NCBI RefSeq assembly: GCF_018917145.1
Contig: NZ_JAHLOD010000025.1
Coordinates: 1 to 53,508 of the forward strand
Length of the DNA stretch: 53,508 nt
Direction: 5' to 3'
Source of the DNA: Clostridium bornimense
Lineage (GTDB): Bacteria; Bacillota; Clostridia; Clostridiales; Clostridiaceae
Both the position numbers and the translations under genes were made by a program. The notes beneath the pieces were generated by a model. That model was not told the DNA's origin and made no database searches. It worked only from the letters and a program-made list of their open reading frames with translations. Shown here in pieces: positions 1 to 9,050 of the stretch; positions within the stretch are counted from its first letter, which is position 1; the number at the start of each line of letters is the position of its first letter.

Positions 1-129
1 ACCACCGCGAGTATTACCATACTTAATTCCAAGATCTAAACATATTTGACGACAACTTCTAGTTCCTGAAATATAATCTTTTGATGCCTTGATTTTATCT
101 TCAAAAGAATATTTATATTGTCTTCCCAT
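1..129 (-). mobile_element. N-terminal part of an IS3-family (IS150-group) transposase OrfA, truncated by the window edge. The IS left end probably lies within about 130-260.
   Basis: The minus-strand translation MGRQYKYSFEDKIKASKDYISGTRSCRQICLDLGIKYGNTRGG matches the IS150 OrfA N-terminus/HTH pattern (KYxFExxxxxVxxYxxxxxxxxxIxxxxGI). A GGAGGT RBS sits 8 nt upstream of the ATG at 127-129. Confidence 0.45.
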
Positions 130-347
130 AAAAAATACCTCCAAAGTAGATTTTGGTTATTTACCATGTCTACTTTAGAGGTATCATATCAAAGTGTGAC
201 AGCTTTTTATTTAAATAAAATATAAATGTATTCAGACTAGATTTATTAAATTAGAAAACAGAGTAGATTGTATTTTATAACAAATATTATAATTAAAGTA
301 TAATTATTAATTTTATATAAGAAATTGATTAGAGGATGTGGGGGCAT

Positions 348-1124
348 ATGAGAATTGCATTGGCGCAAATGGATATAGCATGGGAAAATTTTAATGTAAA
401 CATAGAAAAAATAAAAAAGTTTACAAAGAAGGGAAAAGATGAGGGAGCTGGTTTAATCCTATTTCCTGAGATGTGTCTAAGTGGGTTTACTAATAATTTA
501 ATAATATTAGATAAAGATCAAGATGAGATAATAGGAAATATTGTAGATATAGCAATTGAAAATGATATAAACATAGGACTAGGATTTGCTATTAAGGTGG
601 AGAACAAAGGAAAGAATAAGTTTGTTTTTATATCAAGAAGGGGAAAGGTTTTAAGTGATTATACTAAGATACATCCTTTTACTTTTTCTGGTGAAGATAA
701 GGTATATCATAAAGGGAATATTATAAATTTTTGTGAAATAGATGGGGTTAAGTTTTCTTCATTTATATGTTATGACTTAAGATTCCCAGAAATTTTTCAA
801 GTGGCTTCTAAAAATGCTGAAGTTATAACTGTTGCTGCTAATTGGCCCAAAGAAAGGGAAGAATACTGGATAACTTTATTAAAAGCTAGAGCTATAGAGA
901 ATCAGTGTTATGTATTAGGAATTAACAGAGTTGGTGTAGGAAATGGATTAAAATATGGTGGGGCATCTTTATTTGTGTCTCCCAATGGTAAAGTATTAAA
1001 TGAAGTAAGTTCAAAGGAAGAAGTTATAGTGAGAGATATAAATATTAATTTGATACAAGTAATACGAAAAAGTTTTGATATAAAAAAAGATAGAAGAGAA
1101 GATTTATATATTAGTTTTTATTAA
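348..1124 (+). CDS. Carbon-nitrogen hydrolase (nitrilase/omega-amidase superfamily).
   Basis: IALAQMDIAWEN...LILFPEMCLSGF...FICYDLRFPE are typical of the CN-hydrolase E-K-C triad regions. I place the start at the ATG at 348, which has a GTGGGGG RBS, rather than the ORF-track start at 336. Confidence 0.8.
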   Translation: MRIALAQMDIAWENFNVNIEKIKKFTKKGKDEGAGLILFPEMCLSGFTNNLIILDKDQDEIIGNIVDIAIENDINIGLGFAIKVENKGKNKFVFISRRGKVLSDYTKIHPFTFSGEDKVYHKGNIINFCEIDGVKFSSFICYDLRFPEIFQVASKNAEVITVAANWPKEREEYWITLLKARAIENQCYVLGINRVGVGNGLKYGGASLFVSPNGKVLNEVSSKEEVIVRDININLIQVIRKSFDIKKDRREDLYISFY

Positions 1125-1167
1125 ATTGAAGTGGGTGAATAATTTTATTTAGTATAGGAGGAGAAAA

Positions 1168-1854
1168 GTGGCAAAGATATTAATTGTTGAAGATGATAAT
1201 GATATAAATTTATTAATTCAAAAGCTATTTAAGAAAGAGAAATTTGAGGTTATTTCAGCATTTTCTGGAACAGAGGGAAAACTATTAATAGATATGCATA
1301 ATGTAGATATTGTTATTTGTGATTTAATGCTTCCAGGGTTAAGTGGTGAGGAGTTAATAAGTTATATTAGAAGTAAATATGATATGCCAATTATTGCATT
1401 AACGGCGAAAGGTAGTCTTGAGGATAAAACGAATATATTTCAACTTGGAGCTGATGATTATATAACAAAACCTTTTGAACCTAAGGAACTTATTTTGAGA
1501 ATAAATGCACAGCTTAGGAGAATGGGAATTATAGCTGAGAATGTATTAAAAAAAGAGAGTATATTGAAATTTAAAGATATTGTTATTCATTTAGATTCAA
1601 TGATAGTAGAAGTAAAGAAGAGTAAAGTAGAATTAACGTTAAAAGAATTTCAAATACTTGAGATAATGATGAGAAATCCTAATAGAGTATATTCAAAAGA
1701 TTTTTTATATGAACAAATTTCAGGTAATGGATATTATGGAGATGACAATACAATATGTGTACATGTAAGTAACATCCGTAAGAAAATAGAAAAGGTAACA
1801 AAAGAAGAATATATAAGTACTGTTTGGGGAATAGGATATAAGCTTAATACTTAG
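1168..1854 (+). CDS. OmpR-family DNA-binding response regulator (GTG start).
   Basis: Receiver domain (KILIVEDD...ICDLMLPGLSG) plus a C-terminal winged-helix domain (VWGIGYKL). An AGGAGGAG RBS precedes the start. Confidence 0.9.
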   Translation: MAKILIVEDDNDINLLIQKLFKKEKFEVISAFSGTEGKLLIDMHNVDIVICDLMLPGLSGEELISYIRSKYDMPIIALTAKGSLEDKTNIFQLGADDYITKPFEPKELILRINAQLRRMGIIAENVLKKESILKFKDIVIHLDSMIVEVKKSKVELTLKEFQILEIMMRNPNRVYSKDFLYEQISGNGYYGDDNTICVHVSNIRKKIEKVTKEEYISTVWGIGYKLNT

Positions 1855-1944
1855 AATCTTTAAACTTTCTTTAGACTTTTTTTAGTATTTATTTAAATGA
1901 AAAGATTAAAATGATGGTAATTAGAGAAGAAAGAAGGTACTAAA

Positions 1945-2856
1945 ATGAGTGAAGTTATATTGTCGATGAAAGATGTTACGAAGATTTACAACGAAACGAA
2001 AGCGCTAGATAAAGTATCTATAGAGATAAATAGAGGAGATATTTACGGTATTATAGGTAATAATGGAGCAGGGAAAACAACAATTATGAGGATAATTTCA
2101 GGACAATCATTTGTTAGTAGTGGAACTATGGAACTTTTCGGAAGCAAAGATGATGATGTAAGAAAACAACGTAAAAGATTAGGCTGTCTAATTGAGAATC
2201 CAGGATTTTGTTATTCAATGACTGCATATGAAAACTTAGAGTATTTTAGAATTCAATTTGGTATACCAGGAAAAGAGAATATAAATAAAGTTTTAGAAGA
2301 AGTTGGACTTAGAGATTGCGGTAAAAAGAAATATAAAGATTTTTCTCTTGGTATGAAGCAGAGGTTAGGCATTGCACTAGCAATTCTTAATAGTCCTGAA
2401 TTATTAATTCTTGATGAACCTACAAATGGTCTTGATCCAGAAGGAATTATTGAAATTAGAAATATATTAATAAATCTTAATAAAAAGAAAAATACTACTA
2501 TACTTATTTCTAGTCATATATTATCTGAGTTATCTAATATAGCTACTAAATATGGATTTTTGAAAAATGGAAAAATAATAGAAGAAATATCAATGGAAGA
2601 TCTTCAAAGAAAATGTGAAAGTTATATAGATATAACTGTAGATAAAGTAGAGGCAATGTGTATAGTGCTAGAAAAGGAACTTAATTATAAAAATTATAAG
2701 GTGTATGCTAACAATCATATTCATTTATATCAAGGAATAGATGATATTAAAAAAATATGTGAAACTGCTGTGTTAAATAATATAGGTATTTTAGAGGTAG
2801 TAAGGAAGGTAAAAAATCTTGAGAATTATTATATGAATATGATGGAGGAAAATTAA
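1945..2856 (+). CDS. ABC transporter ATP-binding protein (BcrA / LanF-like exporter ATPase).
   Basis: Walker A GNNGAGKTT, signature LSLGMKQRL, Walker B LLILDEP and the H-loop SSH. Confidence 0.9.
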   Translation: MSEVILSMKDVTKIYNETKALDKVSIEINRGDIYGIIGNNGAGKTTIMRIISGQSFVSSGTMELFGSKDDDVRKQRKRLGCLIENPGFCYSMTAYENLEYFRIQFGIPGKENINKVLEEVGLRDCGKKKYKDFSLGMKQRLGIALAILNSPELLILDEPTNGLDPEGIIEIRNILINLNKKKNTTILISSHILSELSNIATKYGFLKNGKIIEEISMEDLQRKCESYIDITVDKVEAMCIVLEKELNYKNYKVYANNHIHLYQGIDDIKKICETAVLNNIGILEVVRKVKNLENYYMNMMEEN

Positions 2857-2857
2857 T

Positions 2858-3613
2858 ATGATTAATTATATTAAAAGTGAATTATATAGAAGTATTAAGA
2901 ATTCTAATCTTAAAATAATGTTTATTATTTTTACTGTACTTATTGTAGCATCTGTATTACTGCTTAACTATATGATGAAAGTTGATCCAACATTTAGGTA
3001 TGGTAACACAAGATTTTCATTAGGAAATGTTTACGCACAAATGACTATGATTTTTACCGTTATAGTTGCGTTTTCTGCAATAATGAATGATGGAGAAGGA
3101 AATAATACAACTAAACAATCTATTTCATTTGGTGTTAGTAGAAATAATATATATATATGTGGGTTTGTTGTACAAGCTATAGTTGGGATTTTAATATACA
3201 CAATAATGTCTATTTTACTAATAGTATTATCATTTTTATTATTAGAACATAGTAATGTAAATGAAATTTCCATATTTATTAGAGTTACTATAGGTAGTGC
3301 AACATGTCTTTTAGCTGTACTTGCAGTTACGTATTTCTTCAGTATGAATAGTAAAAGTGTAGTAGGAGCATTAACTTTACCAATAATTATAATGGTTCTT
3401 ATTCCAAGTGTTTTAAATATAATAGGAAGAAAAATAAGTTTAATTAAGTCAATTGCATATTACTTGCCTTATAATCTTGTAGGTTATGATAGTAAGTTAG
3501 TACAATCACAAAGTACTATAGGTATTGTTTTACCTTTGATAATAGGATTAATATGGTTAGTTATATTTATTTTTGGTGGAATATATCTTTTTAATAAGAA
3601 AGAAATCAAATAA
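2858..3613 (+). CDS. ABC-2-type transporter permease.
   Basis: Six predicted TM helices, translationally coupled to the upstream ATPase (the start overlaps the stop). Confidence 0.7.
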   Translation: MINYIKSELYRSIKNSNLKIMFIIFTVLIVASVLLLNYMMKVDPTFRYGNTRFSLGNVYAQMTMIFTVIVAFSAIMNDGEGNNTTKQSISFGVSRNNIYICGFVVQAIVGILIYTIMSILLIVLSFLLLEHSNVNEISIFIRVTIGSATCLLAVLAVTYFFSMNSKSVVGALTLPIIIMVLIPSVLNIIGRKISLIKSIAYYLPYNLVGYDSKLVQSQSTIGIVLPLIIGLIWLVIFIFGGIYLFNKKEIK

Positions 3614-3619
3614 GAAAAG

Positions 3620-4549
3620 ATGGTGTATAAATTGATATTTGTAATAGTATTACTTGTTTTAATAGTGGTGTATTTGTTTATACACCTTATTTTATTAAAG
3701 AAATCTATAAAAGATTTAAAAAATGATTTTATTTCAATAAAAGATACCAAGGAGGTTGAAAGGTATCTTACTATTAATTTTCCTGATAAAAATTTAGAGG
3801 AATTAGCAATGGAAATTAATGATTATATAGATAGTTATTTTAAAAACAATTATCAATTAAAAAATACTATAAGAGAAGTAAGAGGAGAAATAACAAATAT
3901 TTCACATGATTTAAGAACTCCATTAACTTCTATCTTAGGATATTTAGAACTTTTTAATGAAGAAGAATTAACAAATGAACAAAAAGAAATCATATCCGTT
4001 GTAAAAAGAAGGAGTATTGGCCTTAAAGATTTAATAGAACAACTTTATGAATATACTAGGCTAGAAAATAAGGAATATAATATTAAAATTGAAAAGATAG
4101 ACTTATATAAAGTATTACAAGAACATATTCTTGAGTTTTATATGGAATTTGAGAAAAAAAACATAGATTTTAAGTTAAATATGTCTAAAGAAGCAAAGCC
4201 AATATGGATAAATGGAGATATAAAATGTATAAAAAGAATTTTAACTAACTTAACAAATAATGCTTTGAAATATACAAATGGAGAAGCAGAAGTTAACCTT
4301 AAGGTAAAAGGTAATATTGTAAGTTTTACATATATAACGACAAGAGGATCTTTAACAGATTATGATATTAAACATATATTTGATCGATTTTATAAAAAAG
4401 ATTTATCAAGATCAGTAACTAATAGTAGTGGTCTTGGACTTACTATTACTAGAATTTTTACTGAGAGGATGGGTGGAAATATTTATGCCTATGGAGACGA
4501 TGAATATCTGTATATAGTATGCATTTTTCCTATGGTAGATTCTATATAG
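3620..4549 (+). CDS. Sensor histidine kinase of the intramembrane-sensing type (single N-terminal TM, no extracellular domain).
   Basis: HisKA H-box ISHDLRTPLTSILGYLEL, N-box LTNLTNNALKYT, G-box GLGLTITR. Confidence 0.85.
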   Translation: MVYKLIFVIVLLVLIVVYLFIHLILLKKSIKDLKNDFISIKDTKEVERYLTINFPDKNLEELAMEINDYIDSYFKNNYQLKNTIREVRGEITNISHDLRTPLTSILGYLELFNEEELTNEQKEIISVVKRRSIGLKDLIEQLYEYTRLENKEYNIKIEKIDLYKVLQEHILEFYMEFEKKNIDFKLNMSKEAKPIWINGDIKCIKRILTNLTNNALKYTNGEAEVNLKVKGNIVSFTYITTRGSLTDYDIKHIFDRFYKKDLSRSVTNSSGLGLTITRIFTERMGGNIYAYGDDEYLYIVCIFPMVDSI

Positions 4550-4673
4550 TAAACTAGTATAATTAAGTGTTGTTTATTGATAGGTCAGTAAAAACAGCAC
4601 AATTTGATTAATAAATGTGAATATTATTTGTCACTTTATCAGAAGATTGTAAGAAGCTACATGTAAAATATAA

Positions 4674-4784
4674 ACCATAGTAGATGATGAGGTGATAAAA
4701 AAATTTAATCAAACTATAGTAATGATTACTCATAGTGAAGAAATAGCTCAACTAGCAGATAGAATTGAGTATACAAAGCGATGA
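4674..4784 (+). pseudogene. Remnant C-terminus of an ABC ATPase (last ~36 codons), with no N-terminal part.
   Basis: Translates to TIVDDEVIKKFNQTIVMITHSEEIAQLADRIEYTKR*. This is the H-loop (ITHS) and C-terminal tail of a MacB/LolD-type ATPase, and no Walker motifs lie upstream. Confidence 0.5.
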
Positions 4785-5010
4785 GATGTTTGTAAGAATT
4801 GATATTGAAGATAATGGTATAGGAATAAAAGAAGAAGAACTCCCTAAAATATTTGCTAGATTTTATAGAGAAAAAGATGTTGGAGATATAGAAGGAATAG
4901 GAATAGGATTATATTTAACTAGGGAAATAGTATCTAAACATGAAGGATATATAAAGGTAAACTCTAATGATGAGGGATCTAAATTTTCTGTTTATTTGCC
5001 TAATAAATAA
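4765..5010 (+). pseudogene. Remnant HATPase_c C-terminus of a histidine kinase, fused to the ABC fragment by a deletion.
   Basis: RIDIEDNGIGIKEEELPKIFARFYR...GIGIGLYLTREIV gives the G1/G2 boxes only. There is no HisKA domain and it starts with TTG inside the ABC remnant. Confidence 0.55.
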
Positions 5011-5104
5011 GTAAGGAATTAAACATATTAAGTTTGTTAATATTAGTACTCTATGATATTATATAAGCCGATATTAAATTGAAAACATAGGAGGAAATGA
5101 AAAG

Positions 5105-5443
5105 ATGGATCAATTACCAAATTGCCCAAAGTGTAATTCAGAATATACTTATGAAGATGGAAATCTTTTAGTTTGTCCAGAATGTGCATATGAGTGGACA
5201 CCAGGTTCAGAAAGTGAAAATGGAGATGAATTAGTAGTAAAAGATGCTAATGGAAACATATTAAAAGATGGTGATACTGTAACAGTAATAAAAGATCTTA
5301 AAGTTAAAGGAAGTTCATCACCAATTAAAATAGGAACAAAAGTTAAAAATATACGTTTAGTTGATGGTGATCATAATATTGACTGTAAAATAGATGGATT
5401 TGGAGCTATGAGTTTAAAATCTGAATTTGTTAAAAAAGCATAA
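5105..5443 (+). CDS. phnA: PhnA/YjdC-family zinc-ribbon protein.
   Basis: Near-colinear with E. coli PhnA: [56 protein letters not shown]. Confidence 0.8.
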   Translation: MDQLPNCPKCNSEYTYEDGNLLVCPECAYEWTPGSESENGDELVVKDANGNILKDGDTVTVIKDLKVKGSSSPIKIGTKVKNIRLVDGDHNIDCKIDGFGAMSLKSEFVKKA

Positions 5444-5663
5444 TTAAATTTTAAATAAGAAGGGTTGTCGCAATAACGAAGAGATTCGTGAGCGAGGCCT
5501 TTTTTTATTTATATAAAAATTTCATTTAGAGATGAATTTCACGAGGAAGCGAGGATAAAATTTTAATTTAGCTAACTCATCCTAAAATAAGGAAAAATAT
5601 TATAATATATGGTAAAATAAAAGAAAATATAATATTAGTTTTTCAATTTGAAAGGAGGATAAA

Positions 5664-6248
5664 GTGAGTATAGTAAAAAGATTTTCGAATATAATGACAT
5701 CTAATGTGAAGCAATTATTTAATAAATCAAAAGATCCAATGAAGGACATGACAAAATATATGAGGGAACTTGAAGAGGATGTAAGAACAGTAAAAGGTGA
5801 AATGGAGGCATTAGATTCTAATAGGGCAAGACGAAAAAGAGAGATGGATGAATATGAGGAAAAGATAGAGAAGTATGAAAGATATTCTGAAAAATATATG
5901 GAACAAGGTAAATCAAGGGATGCAAAAATATACTTATCTAAAAAAGAAGAATTAATGCCTAAATTTGAAGAATTGAAAAAAGTTTATGATTTAGAAGAAG
6001 ACAATGCTGAGAAGATGAAAAAAATTCATGAAAAGTTATTGATGGATATAGAAGTATTAAAATCAACAATGAATAGAATTACAGTAGATGAAGGAAAGGG
6101 ATTCTCTAAAGTTGAAGAGGTTCAGCAAAATGTAGATAAGATGGTATGTAGAGCTGAAGCTATAGAAGAGATTAATAATTTATCCAATAGTAAAAGTGAT
6201 TTAGATAAGGAATTCGATGAGTTATTAAGACAAGATAGTAATAATTAG
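5664..6248 (+). CDS. pspA: PspA/IM30-family (phage-shock protein A-like) coiled-coil protein.
   Basis: N-terminus MSIVKRFSNIMTSNVKQLFNKSKDPMKDMTKYMRELEEDV follows the PspA pattern (MGIFSRF..NINALLDKAEDP...IQEMED). The sequence is long and coiled-coil. Confidence 0.75.
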   Translation: MSIVKRFSNIMTSNVKQLFNKSKDPMKDMTKYMRELEEDVRTVKGEMEALDSNRARRKREMDEYEEKIEKYERYSEKYMEQGKSRDAKIYLSKKEELMPKFEELKKVYDLEEDNAEKMKKIHEKLLMDIEVLKSTMNRITVDEGKGFSKVEEVQQNVDKMVCRAEAIEEINNLSNSKSDLDKEFDELLRQDSNN

Positions 6249-6262
6249 GGGGATTAATAAGT

Positions 6263-7324
6263 ATGTCAGAGAAAACTAAAGTATATAGATGTGATGCTTG
6301 TGGTGGAATAATGGAATTTGACATAAAGACTCAAGGGTTGAAATGCCCTAATTGCGATAGTACAAGGGTAATTGAAAATGAAAAAGGTACTATAGTTGAA
6401 CATGAATTAACATTAGATGCTAGAAGAAAAGTTACTGTAGAAGAGAAAACTACAAGTACTATGACTTGTAGTGGATGTGGAGCTAATATTGAGCTAGATT
6501 CTAATGATACAGCAGCAAAATGTCCTTATTGTGGTTCTAGTTATGTATTAGCAGAAAAGCAAGTTGAAGCATTAGTTCCAGATGGGGTAATACCTTTCAA
6601 GATTGATAAAAATGAAGTTGTTGTTAAATTTAGAACATGGATAAAAAGAAGATGGCTAGCTCCAAATGAATTGAAAAATTTATATCAACATGGAGGGTTT
6701 CAAGGAATATATATACCATACTGGACATTTGATGCAAATGTAAGTTGTGATTATAGAGGTGAAGGTGGACGAGATAGAGAAGTAGTTGTAAAAGATAAAG
6801 ATGGAAATGATACTACTAAAACTGAAACAGATTGGTATCCTGTATCAGGCCATATAGATAACTTTTTTGATGATATACAAGTAGCAGCTTCATCTAGATA
6901 TAAAAAGGGATTTTTTAATGGTATACAACCATTTAATTTCAAAGAAGTTAAATCATATTCACCGGATTATATATCTGGATATATGTCTGAGAATTACTCT
7001 ATAAGTTTAGAGGAAGGACATGATGATGCCGTTGATAAGATGAAGAGAGAATTAAAAAGTATGGCAGGAAGCGAAATTAGGAGAAGTTATGATCATGCAA
7101 GAAATATAAGTATATATCCTAGATTTTATGATGAGACATATAAGCATTTATTATTGCCTATTTATGCCACATCATATTCGTACAAAAATAAAAATTATAC
7201 AGTAATTATTAATGGACAAACTGGAAAAATTCAAGGAGATTATCCAAAGAGTGTTGCAAAGATCATAATATTAATTATTATAGGCTTAATTATTATAGGT
7301 CTTATTATGCACTTTAGTAATTAG
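6263..7324 (+). CDS. Double zinc-ribbon protein with a C-terminal transmembrane anchor (B. subtilis YdjG-like, PspA-associated).
   Basis: Two CxxC...CxxC pairs (CDACGG..CPNCDS; CSGCGA..CPYCGS), a terminal hydrophobic helix IIILIIIGLIIIGLI, and a position directly after pspA. Confidence 0.5.
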   Translation: MSEKTKVYRCDACGGIMEFDIKTQGLKCPNCDSTRVIENEKGTIVEHELTLDARRKVTVEEKTTSTMTCSGCGANIELDSNDTAAKCPYCGSSYVLAEKQVEALVPDGVIPFKIDKNEVVVKFRTWIKRRWLAPNELKNLYQHGGFQGIYIPYWTFDANVSCDYRGEGGRDREVVVKDKDGNDTTKTETDWYPVSGHIDNFFDDIQVAASSRYKKGFFNGIQPFNFKEVKSYSPDYISGYMSENYSISLEEGHDDAVDKMKRELKSMAGSEIRRSYDHARNISIYPRFYDETYKHLLLPIYATSYSYKNKNYTVIINGQTGKIQGDYPKSVAKIIILIIIGLIIIGLIMHFSN

Positions 7325-7341
7325 ATGTTAGGAGGATTATT

Positions 7342-8355
7342 ATGGGTTTATTTTCAAAACAATTTGCAAATGTAGTAGAATGGGAAGAATATAGAGATGA
7401 TTTATTATTTTGGAAGTGGAGTAATAAAGAAATAAAAAAAGGTTCAAGGCTTATTATACGTCCGGGACAAGATGCAATATTTATGTACAATGGAAAAGTT
7501 GAAGGTGTCTTTAAGGATGATGGTAGTTATGATATAGAATCAGAAATTATTCCTTTTTTATCAACACTTAAAGGATTAAAGTTTGGATTAAATAGTGGAA
7601 TTAGAGCAGAAGTATTATTTATAAATACTAAGGAGTTTACAGTAAAGTGGGGTACTAAACAACCAATAAATATAGCACATCCTAGTTTACCAGGAGGGTT
7701 ACCAATAAGAGCATTAGGAACATTTACATGTAAATTATCAGATTATATGAATTTTATAGATAATATTGCAGGTGTAAAAAAACAATATTCAATAGATGAT
7801 GTAAAAGAAAGAGTTATGTCAATGTTAAATCAACTTCTTATGAAGTGGATTACTAAGGAAGGAAAGGATATCTTTAATCTTCAAGGAAATTCTTTTGATA
7901 TATCTAATGGAATATGTGAAGATCTAGATATGGAAATGGGTAAGATCGGTATTGAAATTACTAGTTTTAGTATTAGTAATTTTTCATATCCAGAAGAAGT
8001 ACAACAAATGATTACTAAAGCTGCATCACAAAGTATGTTAGGTGATGTAGATAAATATCAAAAGATTAGTATGGTAGATGCTATGGCATCAGGAAAAATG
8101 AACAATAATGGATCATCTATGGCAGCAGATATGATGAGCATGCAAATGGGAATGATGATGGGACAACAAATGATGAATAGCATGCAACAAAATCAGCAAC
8201 AAATGCCAGGTACTATGCAACAAAATCAACAACAAGTACAAAATACTCAACCACAAGGTGGAAATAATGGAGCTGTTCCTAAGTTTTGTCCAGAGTGTGG
8301 AACTAAAACTAATGGAGCAAAATTCTGTTCAGAATGTGGAACTAAGTTAGTATAA
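7342..8355 (+). CDS. SPFH/band-7-like protein with a Q/M-rich low-complexity linker and a C-terminal zinc ribbon (YdjI-like).
   Basis: N-terminal MGLFSKQFANVVEWEEYRDD.LFWKW resembles YdjI/YqiK-type SPFH proteins. The C-terminus is KFCPECGTKTNGAKFCSECGTK. Operon position matches B. subtilis ydjFGHI. Confidence 0.55.
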   Translation: MGLFSKQFANVVEWEEYRDDLLFWKWSNKEIKKGSRLIIRPGQDAIFMYNGKVEGVFKDDGSYDIESEIIPFLSTLKGLKFGLNSGIRAEVLFINTKEFTVKWGTKQPINIAHPSLPGGLPIRALGTFTCKLSDYMNFIDNIAGVKKQYSIDDVKERVMSMLNQLLMKWITKEGKDIFNLQGNSFDISNGICEDLDMEMGKIGIEITSFSISNFSYPEEVQQMITKAASQSMLGDVDKYQKISMVDAMASGKMNNNGSSMAADMMSMQMGMMMGQQMMNSMQQNQQQMPGTMQQNQQQVQNTQPQGGNNGAVPKFCPECGTKTNGAKFCSECGTKLV

Positions 8356-8439
8356 ATATAGTATTGCAGTATTATTTTTCACAAGTAGTAAGTAAAACAT
8401 ATACTATAAAGTAAATAATATTGTTAGGGGGAAGTATAG

Positions 8440-8880
8440 TTGGAGCATGAATATAATTATTATAACTTTAGTGAAAGCGATATAGAAAACTTAAAGTTAC
8501 TATATGAGCAGCTTCGTGCTCAAACTATGTTTATATATTCTGATTTTTTATCATATCTAGCTACAATTGAAGGTATACAACTTATTTATAGTAAGTATGA
8601 CCCTAATATTCCTTCCGATATATACAATCCAGATATTACAGCATTACAATCATTATATGTAGCTATTATCGCAAGGTTAATGATTGCCAATGTAGCATTC
8701 ACTAAATATGATATTTTAATAAATAAATTTTATAATGGAGAGATTGATTTTTCACTTCAACCTAATATAGATATTAATATTTCAAATGTATTGTCTACAT
8801 TAGGATATATGTATGCCTTACGTGGTGCTCGAGGAATTTATGAAAGGGATATTACTCAGCCGGTATTTGGTGTTAGATGA
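8440..8880 (+). CDS. Hypothetical protein (TTG start, RBS AGGGGGAAG).
   Basis: The ORF has a good RBS. No family was recognised. Confidence 0.35.
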   Translation: MEHEYNYYNFSESDIENLKLLYEQLRAQTMFIYSDFLSYLATIEGIQLIYSKYDPNIPSDIYNPDITALQSLYVAIIARLMIANVAFTKYDILINKFYNGEIDFSLQPNIDINISNVLSTLGYMYALRGARGIYERDITQPVFGVR

Positions 8881-8885
8881 TGTCA

Positions 8886-9050
8886 AGGTATAGTTTCATG
8901 TACCTTTAATTAAAATATGCTTATGTAATAAATATAGAAACAACGCTTAAGTATAATAGCCAAATATAGCAACTAAAAACATAAATATACAACCATAATT
9001 ATGAAGTGTGAACTGCGAAATTATAATTAATATTTTATGTGTTACAAATA
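8886..9050 (+). repeat. Decayed partial copy (D) of the GC-rich intergenic repeat family. It matches the internal hairpin-'ACTTAAGTATAATAG'-'TGTGAACTG' portion of copy B.
   Basis: AAGGTATAGTTTCATGTACCTT hairpin followed by AAACAACGCTTAAGTATAATAG...TGTGAACTGCGAAATT...TTTTATGTGTTACAAAT, compared with B GAAGGTTGCACCTTC...AAACAACACTTAAGTATAATAG...TGTGAACTGTGAATTG...TTTTATGTGTTAATGCGG. Confidence 0.5.

Noticed and set aside
336-347. ORF-track start MWGH for the CN-hydrolase.
   Set aside because: The ATG at 336 sits only about 1 nt after a weak RBS. The ATG at 348 has proper spacing to GTGGGGG.
3031-3750. Minus-strand ORFs 3031-3273 and 3484-3750.
   Set aside because: They are antisense to the ABC-2 permease and kinase start. 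The ORFs are I/N/K-rich with no RBS.
5455-5580. GC-rich patch after phnA as an independent repeat copy.
   Set aside because: Only the short GGTTGTCGCA word and GAGCGAGG motifs resemble the family. The structure is irregular, so I treat it as a probable terminator remnant. I mention it only under the shared-word finding.
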